From positions 34,348,001 through 34,412,000 of the forward strand of contig OX597825.1 of the NCBI GenBank assembly GCA_951406725.2: a stretch of DNA of 64,000 nucleotides, read 5' to 3'. The notes under the pieces were generated by a model. The model searched no databases, was not told where the DNA came from, and was given only the letters and a program-made list of their open reading frames with translations. This stretch comes from Octopus vulgaris (Eukaryota). Below, piece after piece: positions 49,801 to 62,300 of this stretch; within the stretch, counting starts at the first letter, position 1; the number at the start of each line of letters is the position of its first letter. The translations under genes and the position numbers were made by a program.

Positions 49801-52800
49801 GACTGCGGCCATGCTGGAGCGCCGCCTTTAGTCGAACAAATCGACCCCAGGACATTCTTTGTAAGCCTAGTATTTATACTATCGCTCTATGCCGAACCGC
49901 TAAGTTATGTGGGACATAAACATACCAACGTCGGTTGTCAAGCGGTGGGGTGCGGGGGGGGGACGAACAAACACACACACACATATATATTTGACGGGCT
50001 TCTTTCAGTTTCTGCCTACCAAATCCACTCACAAGGCTTTGGTCGGCCTGAGGCTGTAGTAGAAGACACTTGCCCAAAGTGCCACGCAGTTGAACTGAAC
50101 ACAGAACCATGTGCTTGGTAAGCAAGCCACACAGCCACTTGCATTATTTTATTTCTTTGTTTTGGGTGTGGTGTTCTTATACTTGTGTGCTGAGATAGTT
50201 CTTCATTGTGACAATTTTGTGTTCAGGAAAGGGGCTATCCCAATAAAATTAATGTCACAGATGGGGATTCTTCTTTGGAATATTTGAGTGTAAAATATTG
50301 CTTGTGTATGTAGGGAGAGATTTCATCCCCAATGCTTAGGATGTTATCTGTTGATTGTATAATGTTTAGTTTTTCAGTAAAACCCTGTATTTTTTTGGCT
50401 TAATGTTCCATTTTATCTGGAAATTGCTTATTCCACTTTCTTTCAACATTTATATCATATTTGACAGGGATGTTGCAGGTTTTTTAATTTTTGTCTCTGA
50501 ATCACACCAGGTGTTGTGTATATCTTTTCTTGAACAAGTTGCCCATCATACGAGTGGTTTACAAAATGGAGGTAAACACCTTTCCTTCATGCGATTGGCT
50601 TAAAAAATTCTTATGACACTAGGATACTTTGCTATTTTTCTTAATATAAAACCAATGGTAGCCTTAATTCACAAAAATATAAGGTACGATGGGTAAATTG
50701 GTACCATTTTATATTTTTAATTTCACCTATGCACATTGTTTTCGATTTTATCAACTACAGTAAAATAGGGTCAGTTGGGCACCGTGTGAGAGAAAGAGTG
50801 ATCACTATTGATGCCAACATCATGCCTCAGACTCAACACGGAGGCCTACATCAAGTGCCTGGTGGAGGTAGGGCTGCCCTGAGTCAAGAGGGTGGCTGCT
50901 GGAAGACTATGTCTGACAACGGGACTCGGCACCATACCGCACAAGCAGGAGAACCCACTCATGGCTGTCAGACAATTTCTGCAACCACATCACACCTGCC
51001 CACCTAACTCCCCAGACTGCAGCCTCCTTCATTATTATGTGTGGGGCACAGTTCAGCAAGAGACCAACAAAACTCCTTTTAACACCAAAGATGAACTGAA
51101 AGCAAGGATTATGGCAGCATTCACCAAAAACAAAGAGACTGTCCAGAAGAGTTGCAGGATATTCCAAAGTCGTCTGGAGGCTATGGTTGAAGCCAATAGC
51201 AATTTTATTGAATAAATTTACTCTTTAGTATTTCAAGATATTTTTATGTAATTTTGGTAACTATATCTGTTAAAATGAGATGTCAGTGTTCTTTTCATTT
51301 TTGCATAATCTAGACAACAGTTTATTTACCCTGTAAGTATATGCGTGTGTGTGTGTGTGTACACAAGACAGGCTGCTTTCAGTTTCCATCTACTAAACAC
51401 ACTCACAAAGACTTTGGCCAACCTGAGGCTATAGAAGATACTTGCCCTAGGTGTCACAAAGTGGGGCTGAACCAGGAACCATGTGGTTTCTTACCACACA
51501 GCCACACCTGTGCCTATAAATGTAATAATGCAAAAATTGATTAATATCAAAAGTTGCAAACTAATTTAACATACACAAAAATTTGATAGTATTTACACAC
51601 TTGACATTTATAAATTTCACTGTATCATAATTGAGGAAGCTTGCATGAGACACGCTTCAATAAATTTTAAGATTAACTAGCATTGCTGAATTTTTAAATT
51701 TTACACAAATTCTAGTGCCATACCTGAATTCTTCTTTCATAACAAATTTCCTGTCTTTAGAATCTCGGAGAGTAACAATGGGTTTTTCTGATGGGAGTTC
51801 ACCTGCACCAAATTCACTAACTTCATAGGAGAAGTCAAACCGGTTACTAATAGCAAAAGTTACATCTTTTCCTGCTTCTTTAAACTTCTTGGCTACTTTC
51901 ATAACCCTATAAATTAAAAATAAACATTATTATTAACAATTGAAAGCAGAGAAGAATAAAGAATAGTAAAATTTTTACAATATAATGTTAAGATGATTGA
52001 CTTGAAGCAGTTTATACTAAATTAGAATATGTCAAAAACTTCCACCATATGTTTTTTAAAAAAGAGACCAGCTTTGAAGTCATCATTTCTACCATAAATA
52101 AAGAACTCAGTGAAAATGAGAAACAGATGTAACCAACATATAGAATATTTACATGGTTTAATTTCTTTTATTTTTCTATACACATATAACTGTATGAGCA
52201 TATACAAACAGGGTCTTACAGATAAATTGAGACCAACTTTAAGCAGTTGACTAGTGGGTTCGATATTTCATTTTTTGACAAAACCTTGACTTGCTCGAAA
52301 TAAATCTATTTTCCAGGTAAATAGCAAACTGATTCAACATCAGAAAGTCATGGAACAACAAAATCGTTCTGCCATGCACACTACCAATAAAACTTGACAA
52401 AACAGTAACAGTTTATTGTGTATGTAAACAATTTAAAGAAGAGGGTAAGATTGATAGAAAAGAACAAGACTCAAAGTGATTCCAAGCATAATCCAAAGTT
52501 TCTCACTGGCCTCAAAACACTCAATTGAAGCCAACCCATCCACATGCATGACAACCCATGCAAAGAAATGCAATGTGTCCCTTTCTAGTGTCCAGAGCTG
52601 TTAACAGGAACCTTGGCATGACTAGCTATCTTCAATGATGTCGAGGCCAAAGCAATCAGAGCTGAGAGATGTTCAAAGCATCCATCAAGCATCAAGGTGC
52701 AGGAAAGACTCTCGTGTTCGTGGACAAGAATTTCACTGTAGATGTCAAAGTGCATCACAAATTCTCGAGTGATTGCGTAGAAACCTCCTGGCTGGCACCC

Positions 52801-53347
52801 CCCACCCCCAGTGTTTGAGACTAAGAATCCCAGCTATGTGATGGTATTTGAAGTTGTGGCAAGTAATGGAAGTGTCATGGGATCCACACTTCATTGTGTG
52901 GCTTGAAAATCAGCACAAAGGAGTATCTGGACATCCTGAAGAACTGTTACCTTGGATGGAGCAGTTTAGGGTTGGTGCTTATCCAGGATTCTGCACTATA
53001 CAATGGGTCAAAAGCAACACAGACATTCTTTGGTGAGGAGCCATTTTTTGTGAGAGCCAACATTTGGCTCAGTAATAGATCAGATCTCAACCTTAATTCC
53101 TTTTTATGGGGCATACTTCAAGCAAGGACTAATGTAACATGCAAAATCAGAAAGGCAGAGGTTATAGCAGCTGCAAAAATATTTTGTTCCCATGTGGAGG
53201 CAATAATTGCCCAAAAGAGTGGCCATATTGAGTGACAAATGTCTTTGTTGCAATAAATGTTACATTAATATTATGTCTACTACCATTATTTTACTGTTTA
53301 TAACCAGTTATATGCATCGTAAAAATTGCCTCTATCTACAAAACCAC

Positions 53348-53379
<32 letters not shown>

Positions 53380-56300
53380 CACACACACAAAGAAATATAA
53401 ATACATGTATGCAAGAGAGGACTGCTAGTTAGGCTATGTGATATAGACAAAAACAGTTGCATAAAATGCCTATCACTTAAAGTGGATGGAACTTGTGGAA
53501 GAGGGGAACCCAGGAAGATATGGGATGAGCTACTGAAAGCCAATCTCCAGATGCTGAGCCTTATGGAGAAGACAAAGGACCAAGATATCAAGCACCTTTC
53601 TGTGATTAAGACCTATCCACCACAACAAAATTGGTATCCTAAAAACTTACGAGCAGAGATCTGTCACGCCTCAATCCCTAACACATACCACCACCTTGTG
53701 AAAAACCATGATAAAAATTACAAGATTTTGGGGTGAACAAAAATAAGATAGTAAAGTCTTTGCCAACAATTAGTGTTTAGCCTTAGGAAAACAAAAGGAA
53801 ACAACTTTTGTATGATCATTTCATGTCAAATTCAAGGGAGATAATGAATATATGTATAATATTTTTCTATTCTACGCACAAGGCCCGATATTTTGGGGAA
53901 GAAGGCCAGTCGATTAGATCGACCCCAGTAAGCAACTGATACTTAATTTATCGACCCCGAAAGAATGAAAGGCAAAGTCAACCTTGGCGGAATTTGAACT
54001 CAGAACATAAAGACAGACGAAATACCGCTAAGCATTTCGCTCATCATGCTAACGTTTCTGCCAGCTAACTGCCTTTTTGTATAATATATGTATAGGTATC
54101 ATATTATACAAATGTATAATATACCTATATGTATGACATAGGCATCATTAAACAGCTTAAAAGAATGGTGCATTGGGAAAACAGTCAACGATTAATATTT
54201 TCTCTTGGTAAATATAGGAGACAATTCTATACATCTTATTCTGGCCTCATCAGCCAAGCACTGTTTTCAAACTTGCCAACATTGTAATGAAAGAACCACT
54301 AATAAAATGCTATCAACAAAAGTTCTTGTTTTTGACAGTCCTATGGTTATACTTTAGAGCATACATCTGCAATCGTATATGTTCATCATAGTTCAAATTT
54401 CAGATGCCAACACCTATTTTTCTACACTCAAACAATTCCACAAGATTAAGTAGTACATTACTGCTGAAAACCAGTATTTATTATCAGAAAGGTTGTTTCT
54501 TTATCCTAAATACATAAACTTCATCACTAACAATGCATTAAGCTGAAAAGTCAAGCTAGATATAATGAATTTTAGTCTTCAATCTCTGAAAATAAGATTT
54601 GTTACACTTGACTTTTTGGTTATGCAAGTTTCAATACAAAACTGGAAATTCATAGTAGATTATTCATCAAGTTTAATATACTGACAAGTGTTATAACTAT
54701 AAAGAGAAAAAATAACATTACAAGAAAAAAAATACATATTTACCTGTTTCTCCAATAGTTAGTACCTTTAGAATTTTTTACGTAGTCAACAGCGTAAAAT
54801 GCAACAACCAAAGGCTTTTTAAAATCATTGACATTGTCTTGGACTCTATGACCACACAAGCCAATGCTGGAATAAAGGAAACAAGAAAACAAATTCAAAT
54901 TTACACTGGGTATGCATTTGATGTTAATGTTATTGATGCTTTTGTGATCTGTAATTCTCTCTGTATATATATATACATGTATATATGCACACACACACAC
55001 ACTTATATATACGCACACTATCTATTAGCTGCTATCACCCATTATGCTTCAACTGTGCTCATCTAAAGAACTAAATAATACAATAATATCCACTTTCTTC
55101 ACATTGAGAGTGTACCAGATCTGAAACTATAAAGCATCAAGTTATATCATTATCCAATAATTACAATTACTTACACAATCGCATTGAAAACAATATTGCT
55201 ATAATTATTAGCCAATCAAAAGAGTAGATGAAATTTCCACAAACATTGCAGCCTCTTCCAAACAGCTGGATACAATGCAGTTGATGACTAATGCTGTTTT
55301 GATACCAACAAGAAAAAAGGAAAATAGAGGAAATTTCTGTTACAACTTGAAGAATAAATGTTTAAATGCTTTCTACAGAGTTTGAGGGGTGAGATGCAGT
55401 AGGTATGATGAGACAATGAGAAATGTTTTGTGTAGAATGACTACAGGGGGTAGGCAATTTAACATGGGTATAGAAGCGTTTGTAATAGCAGCAGATGGAA
55501 CATGGAAAAAAAAAAGAACTTTGTCAGCTAATTACATCTAGAAACATTTTTATTAATTGCTGATGACATTCACATATATGCTGTATTTTACAATGCTTCT
55601 GAAAAGCAATTTTACCATACCAGATACATGAACAAAATAGTACTCCAACATAGAACTTATATGAGCCATGTAGGGGGACACCAAAATTAATGTGGGCTGT
55701 ATGAGGATGTTATTTGTCAACCCTTTCTTTGGACATCCACAAGGCCAGGGTCTTCTACCATGAAACTGAATATTTTTGAGCATTTAATAATCAGGTAACC
55801 ATTGTAAATGTACTCTACTATTTAAAGGCAATATTGACAGATTAGTAGAGATTAGCATATTGTTTAAGTGGATCACTTATTAAAAATTTTATGACTCCAT
55901 AAAAATCATTTCTTAAATTAATCTAAGTTTGCATATTATTGCTTCTAAATTGTCATTCAGCTTTAAGGCTTCAGATATTTACATTTTATACAGGTAGGAA
56001 AGAAATACAAGAATTTTATAAGAGACATACCTGGTTTCTTTTACCCACTCTTTTATTGAAGTGGTTGAGAGATCACCTGAATATTTTATTTTGCTTTCTT
56101 CAAATTTGCTGTGTAGCCTGGGTGGTTGGAACATGACAATAGCACTAAAAGAAAAAAAAATCAAAAGCTGATAATTATAAAATGTTATAAAAAACACTAG
56201 CATAGGTAATTCAACATGTAGATATATTTGAAAGGCTTGTGCATTACTGTTTAGCTCGAGGACAACCCTGCTCAGATTACAACTATGACCAAAAGTATTC

Positions 56301-59300
56301 CTATAAGGATCATCTTATGAGTTTAGAAGTATTTAGGATTACATTATCCAATGTGGCTTTTCTCTTAAGGAGGTTAGGTGTAATTTTAGGGAGATTTAGT
56401 TGCTATATCAAGAAAACATTTAAAATCTCCTTGATAACTCAACATATTTGATATGAAATTACATAAATGGTTAGCCATAAACATGCCTAATGCACATGGA
56501 CTGAACAAACATTCAATATAAGATTCTATAATAAATTCATTAAAAAGTTTCTAAAAAAGTTGAATTATTTTAAAATTGCCAATTTTAAAAGAGTACAGGT
56601 GATTATTACAAAGGAAAATTCCTCACAGCATTTACATTATCAAGGGACTTTTCTCAATGTTAGAAAACAATCTTAAACTGAATTTTCTGTCTGAATAGCA
56701 ACTTACTCTTTAAAGCCATATTCATCTAATATTGAACTTTCAAATGTATGTGCAAATTTGAATTCAGAACTTAAAGAATCAGCCACTTTCTGGAAAGTTT
56801 TTGACATCTCACTTTCACTAGAAAAGAAACCTGAATTAAACAAATATAGATATATGTAAATAAATAATATAAAACAGTAAAAATATACAAAAGAATTTCA
56901 CCTTTTTTATCATTAAACTGCAAGACTCAGGATAACATGCACACATAGTTTTTATATTAAGTATTAAATACAAATTAAATGTTTTGCTTTCAAACGCTCT
57001 ATTAGATTGAGCTTAGAAACATTTTAATGTTTCTTGCCATTGATTCCCCTATCATCCAAAATGATAGATGGCATTGCCAAAATAGAGTTATGTTTAATAT
57101 CAAAAATAGCTGAAGGTTTTTTAATGATTATTTTTGTTGTCTGGGGAGAATCATACTGCCTTAATATGTAATACACTCACCAATTCAGTTTCCATTCATT
57201 ATTTATATTTTTTTAAATTCCAAAATTTTTGTTGCTTTTGCAACCTTGTCAATGGATGTTGACTATCTGTTATTGGAACTGCATTCCTTTTGTATGCATG
57301 TATACATGTGTGTATATGCATGTATGTTTTCTGCATATTCATGTTTGTGTGTGCGTGTTTCAGTATGTCTATACGCACCTTTATGTATGGGTGTGTATTT
57401 CCATGTGTATGAAGTGTATGTATATGGTCATATGTTTCCATCTCCTTTTTGTTTGTGTGTGTGTTTATTTTACTGCAAAAAAAGATTTATCTCCACAAAA
57501 ATGAGAACCTCAGCAGCATTTTAAGGAATGAATACACAGAACTATTGTCACTGTCAGTTTAAGTATCACAATAGATTTTTCAGAGTTAAATAGATTTTCT
57601 TACTAAGTGAACTGATTAGACTCACAATTGCAGATATAAAATTTTCCCCTCAAAATAATCCATTTAACTTTAGAAAAAAGAAACTAAATTTACTTTAGGT
57701 TTGGCTACAGTTGCCAGGCCCCAAACACAGTAAGCACCCATACTTAAGTGATCATTCCCAATTCATTCTGAATTTTATACAAAAAATTACTAATATTCTT
57801 TTTGTCAATCTCAAATTCATACAGGGTAAATGTAAGAGTTTAAAAACATGTATGATAACTGGTATTTAATGTTTTCACCTTATTGATTAAATACAACTTA
57901 ATCATTTCCAAGATATTATCTATACCCAAAACTCTATCATCACAGGTTTAAACATGCATCTTCTTGAAGCCTTCATCCATACTTCCATTTATCTGACTGC
58001 GCTAAGAAGCTGAAAACTTGATTTCAGGCAGGCATTCTTTTATTCTTTTACTTGTTTCAGTTATTTGACTGCGGCCATGCTGGCGCACTGCCTTTAATCA
58101 AAGAAATCGACCTCAGGACATTCTTTGTAAGCCTAGTACTTAACCTATCAGTCAGTTTTGCCAAACTGCTAAGTTACAGAGACACAAACACACCAACACA
58201 GGATGTCAAGTGATGGTGTGGGGGGGGGGGAACACACATTATATATACATACACGATGGGCTTCTTTCAGTTTCCATCTACCAAATTCATCCACAAGGTT
58301 TTGGTCGGCCTGAGGCTATAGTAGAAGACACTTGCACAAGGCGTCATGCTGTGGGACCGAACCCAGAACCATGCGATTGGGGAGTAAGCTTCTTACCACA
58401 CAGCTATGCCTGCACCTGTGCATCAACAATTTTTTTGTTTTATACAAAATGGACTACATGTGACTTAGCTAATCATCAAGTGGACTGCACTACTAAAAGA
58501 ATACAAACTAATTTTTAATTAGGATGCCAGTCAGAAAGTTCTACAGACCAGAGTTTGCCTACGAGTGATTTCAAGTGATCAAGGGAAAATTTTGGTTTAC
58601 AGACCAAAGAATTGTCTGACTTTAAATCTATCCCAGTATGGCAGCAAGATAAAAATCAGCAAAATTTGTTCATGACATCTTCAGCTCAATGAGTTGGCTA
58701 TGACAGTAAGATAAATACCATCACAAATATGTATCTATAGCTATACGTGTGTATATATTTCACCACAATAAGTTTCCTTTTTTCATTCCCTGAATTGGTA
58801 AAATCACTTGTTGATATTGGTAATCCCTGACAACAAGAACTATTTTTTTTAAAATAATGATTCGCATTTTACAATTTTAGCAACATAACACAAAATGGTT
58901 ATGTGAAATTCAAATTTAATGCTCATAGTTAGATACATCAAGAGTTGAAGATTTAAACTTTTATCCCTTAAATGATCAAATACTTTTATTTCAATGGATT
59001 AAATCTAAAACAGTGAACGTAATTATTGCAAGAGCTACTTCCAATATTGGATTATTGGTCAATGAAATATACAGGTCTCAGCTAGAACTTATTCCTATGG
59101 AAGAATAAAAAAATCTTTTCCACTGTTTTCAAACTTATCAGATCAGGTTAAACAAAAGTAAAGATCAGAGTAACATCATCCTAAATTCAAATTAAATTAA
59201 AACCAACTACCTTTCAGTCATCCCACAATGAATAAAAATAATATTCTGAGAATCAATTCACTATATTCACTCTCTTACAAAGGATGCCTTGTATCTAAGA

Positions 59301-62300
59301 AAAATTAAAACTTGTTAGAATTTAAATTTAAAAAATCATTTAACATCCACTTTTCCATGCTTGCATGGAACAAACAGATGTTACTGAGAAGAGATATTCT
59401 AGAATCAGATGGCATGCCCTTCTTGTTGCCAACTCTCACTTGTCTCCAAGCAAGGTAATAATTGTCCATAGCTAGACATGAAATGAGCAGTAATGAACAA
59501 CCTCACATGTATGAGGGTGATGCTCATTTACAACCATGTGATACAAGGGTACACAGACACACACAAACAACATATAACAAGTTTCTTTCAGTTTCCATCC
59601 ACCAAATCTACTCACAGGGCTTTGGTCAGACAAAGGCTATAGTAGAAGACACTTGCTTAAGGGTCATGCAGTGGGACTAAACTTAAGACCACATGGTTGG
59701 GAAGTAAGCTTCTTACACAGCCAAGCCTGCACCTATAGTTCAGGAAAATATTAAACTTATTTAAAACAGAATCTGAAAATTTTTTAGAAACAAAAAATTA
59801 GAAACAGAATTCAAGTTACACCTCAGGACTAATTATTATCATAATTTGTAAAAAAATCAAATGAGTAAGGAAACATCATTGGTGCAACTTTATTAATAAA
59901 GTCAAAAATCTAAAATACAGTGCAAATGTAAAGGACTTCCTTACCAACTACTGCAAAATCTTGAGAGGATGTAATTTTTTCTGCATCTTCGGTAGTGTAT
60001 AAGGTCTTAGAAGAAGGACCTGCTTTGGACTTCATATACTTTACAATACCATCTGTAACAAAAGGTACACAATTTATCAGTCAACATTACAAAAATCATC
60101 AATATAATGATTGTAACTTTCTTTAAAAACAAAATCTAGAATATTTTTTTCCGTTTAGATTAACAATGAGATGCCTCTGTAAAAAGGTTTTACAGACATT
60201 GCAAATAGAAATGCAGGAGCAGTCAAAGATTATATAATTCAACATCCTAATTAGATGTTGATGGCAATGCTTATCTACAAAGTGTTTCCTGTGTGTAACC
60301 ATGTCGAGACAAGGGAACACGGCAGACTTCTTTCAGTTTCTATCTACCAAATCCACCCACAAGGCTTTGGTTTGGCCAGGACCAAAATAATTTACTATCC
60401 TCAGTCAAACCGCCCAACCCATGCCAGCATAGAAAGCAGATATTGAATGATGAAGTTGTAAAACACAAATGCATTCCCCTACACTTGCAATTTACTCTTC
60501 TACTCCTGCTAGAAATAGCAGTCAAATCTTCAAATTGCTATCTTAAAAATTACACACTGAATAATGTAAACCTGGATATACACCAAAACAAAATGACAAA
60601 ACTGAAATATTTTTGATCATGTGACTATTTAAGGCTAACCTATAGTTCCTTTGAAAAGAATTCATTGCATACCAAAAACAAAATTGCTTTCAATAACAAT
60701 GAAGCAAACATGCTATACTCTTATTCATGTACAGCTAGAAGGGATGTCGAAATTCCGATTTTTGGCAATTTTCCGGAATCTCAATCCGAAAAGCTAGGTT
60801 TTTGGCAAAAGAAAATTAAAAAACAATTTGCAAGAAAATGGGGGAAGTCTTTCTGAAAATAGCTGAAAAACAGGAAAAAAAACCTAAAAGCAGTAAAAGT
60901 GCACAAATGATTATGGTGGTGTCATGAAATAAACATGCTTCAGACACACTCATTTATTCATACAAACATAACTGAGATGAAATATGTCATAACAGTGACA
61001 AATGAAATATACACCGCTGGAAGTTGTTAAACAACAGCAGTAATTTTATTCAGCTGAATACACATCATTGGTTGAAATTACTGAAATACGACAACTTTAA
61101 CACGAAATAATTTTGAAAATAGAAACTTTTCTCAACAACACTAAGAGTAAAGGATGTTCTATATGACACATTCTACCAATATATGAAGTTTCAAAGTGTT
61201 TAGTTAAAAGAAAATCAATTAATTGAGCTGCCCATGAAAAGGAAAAGCTCCAGTAATGTTACTGCAGAGTAATCTTCTGTTTGGACAGTATTCTATGTTT
61301 TTGAAGAGGCAAAAATACTAATAACCAAAAAAAAAAATGACATAAAACCATAATATACATGCTAGAATACGGTTACACAAATGATCAATATATTAGTCAA
61401 TCTTATAAGCTGATGCTGCTTGTAACTGGAAATTTCTAGAGAAGTAAATGGAAATGATATCATGTCAATATCATTGGTGTGAATTAAAATAAAACAGACA
61501 GCAATCCTTAAATGTCAAGATTAGATGTGCAATGTAGTTCAGGACTATAGAGCTGTAAATATGGAATTTTAAGTGTAGATTCAGATAAATTGATTCCAAG
61601 TGTCTTGAAAATGTATCAACATGCAATAGGTGGTCAATGAGAAAGTTTTTTTTAGCTCTCAGTCAGCTCTAATCAGACCTGTGATCCACTTCCAGGTATG
61701 ACTTTTTTTTTTGAGAGTAAATCTGGACCACCTTATCAGGACTTCCTTTCTTTGATGCTATTTTTAAGAATTTGAATAACCACATAGACTCAGTTGACTT
61801 ATGGATCCAGGTGATAAAAAGTATATACAAAGAAAATGTAATGGCAAGATTTTTATATATAGAATTTGAACCAGACTGTTTGGAAACATGCTATTATATT
61901 GACATTTTACCCAAACCAACATTAAATCAATAAGTCAGTGGAGAAACCAGCTAAAACATACTTGGCATTGAGCTAGATGACAAAATTGCCATTTGAAAGT
62001 AATCAAGATTTCAGACTCAAAGTTTAACTTTTGAAGAAATGTTATTCAATTGTGAATTTAGTGAGGTAGTGCACTAAATTACATCATTGTTTCCAAAAAT
62101 TAAGTTTCCAGTTTTTCCTTTAATTTTTACAAGACCAAATGGATAATTGCAAATCTTTTGCATAAACCAATTCCAGATTTCTTTTGTAGCAGATATCTTA
62201 ATATCTGAGATGAATCAATAAGATTTTCAGATTATTAATTTTATCTTTAAAGATGAATTTTTAAAATTTTAATATTTACATCCACACTATGTTCTGATCA

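Noticed and set aside
60740-61240. Possible DNA-transposon fragments in a PDIA3 intron
   Set aside because: No matching TIR pair or coding remnant found by eye
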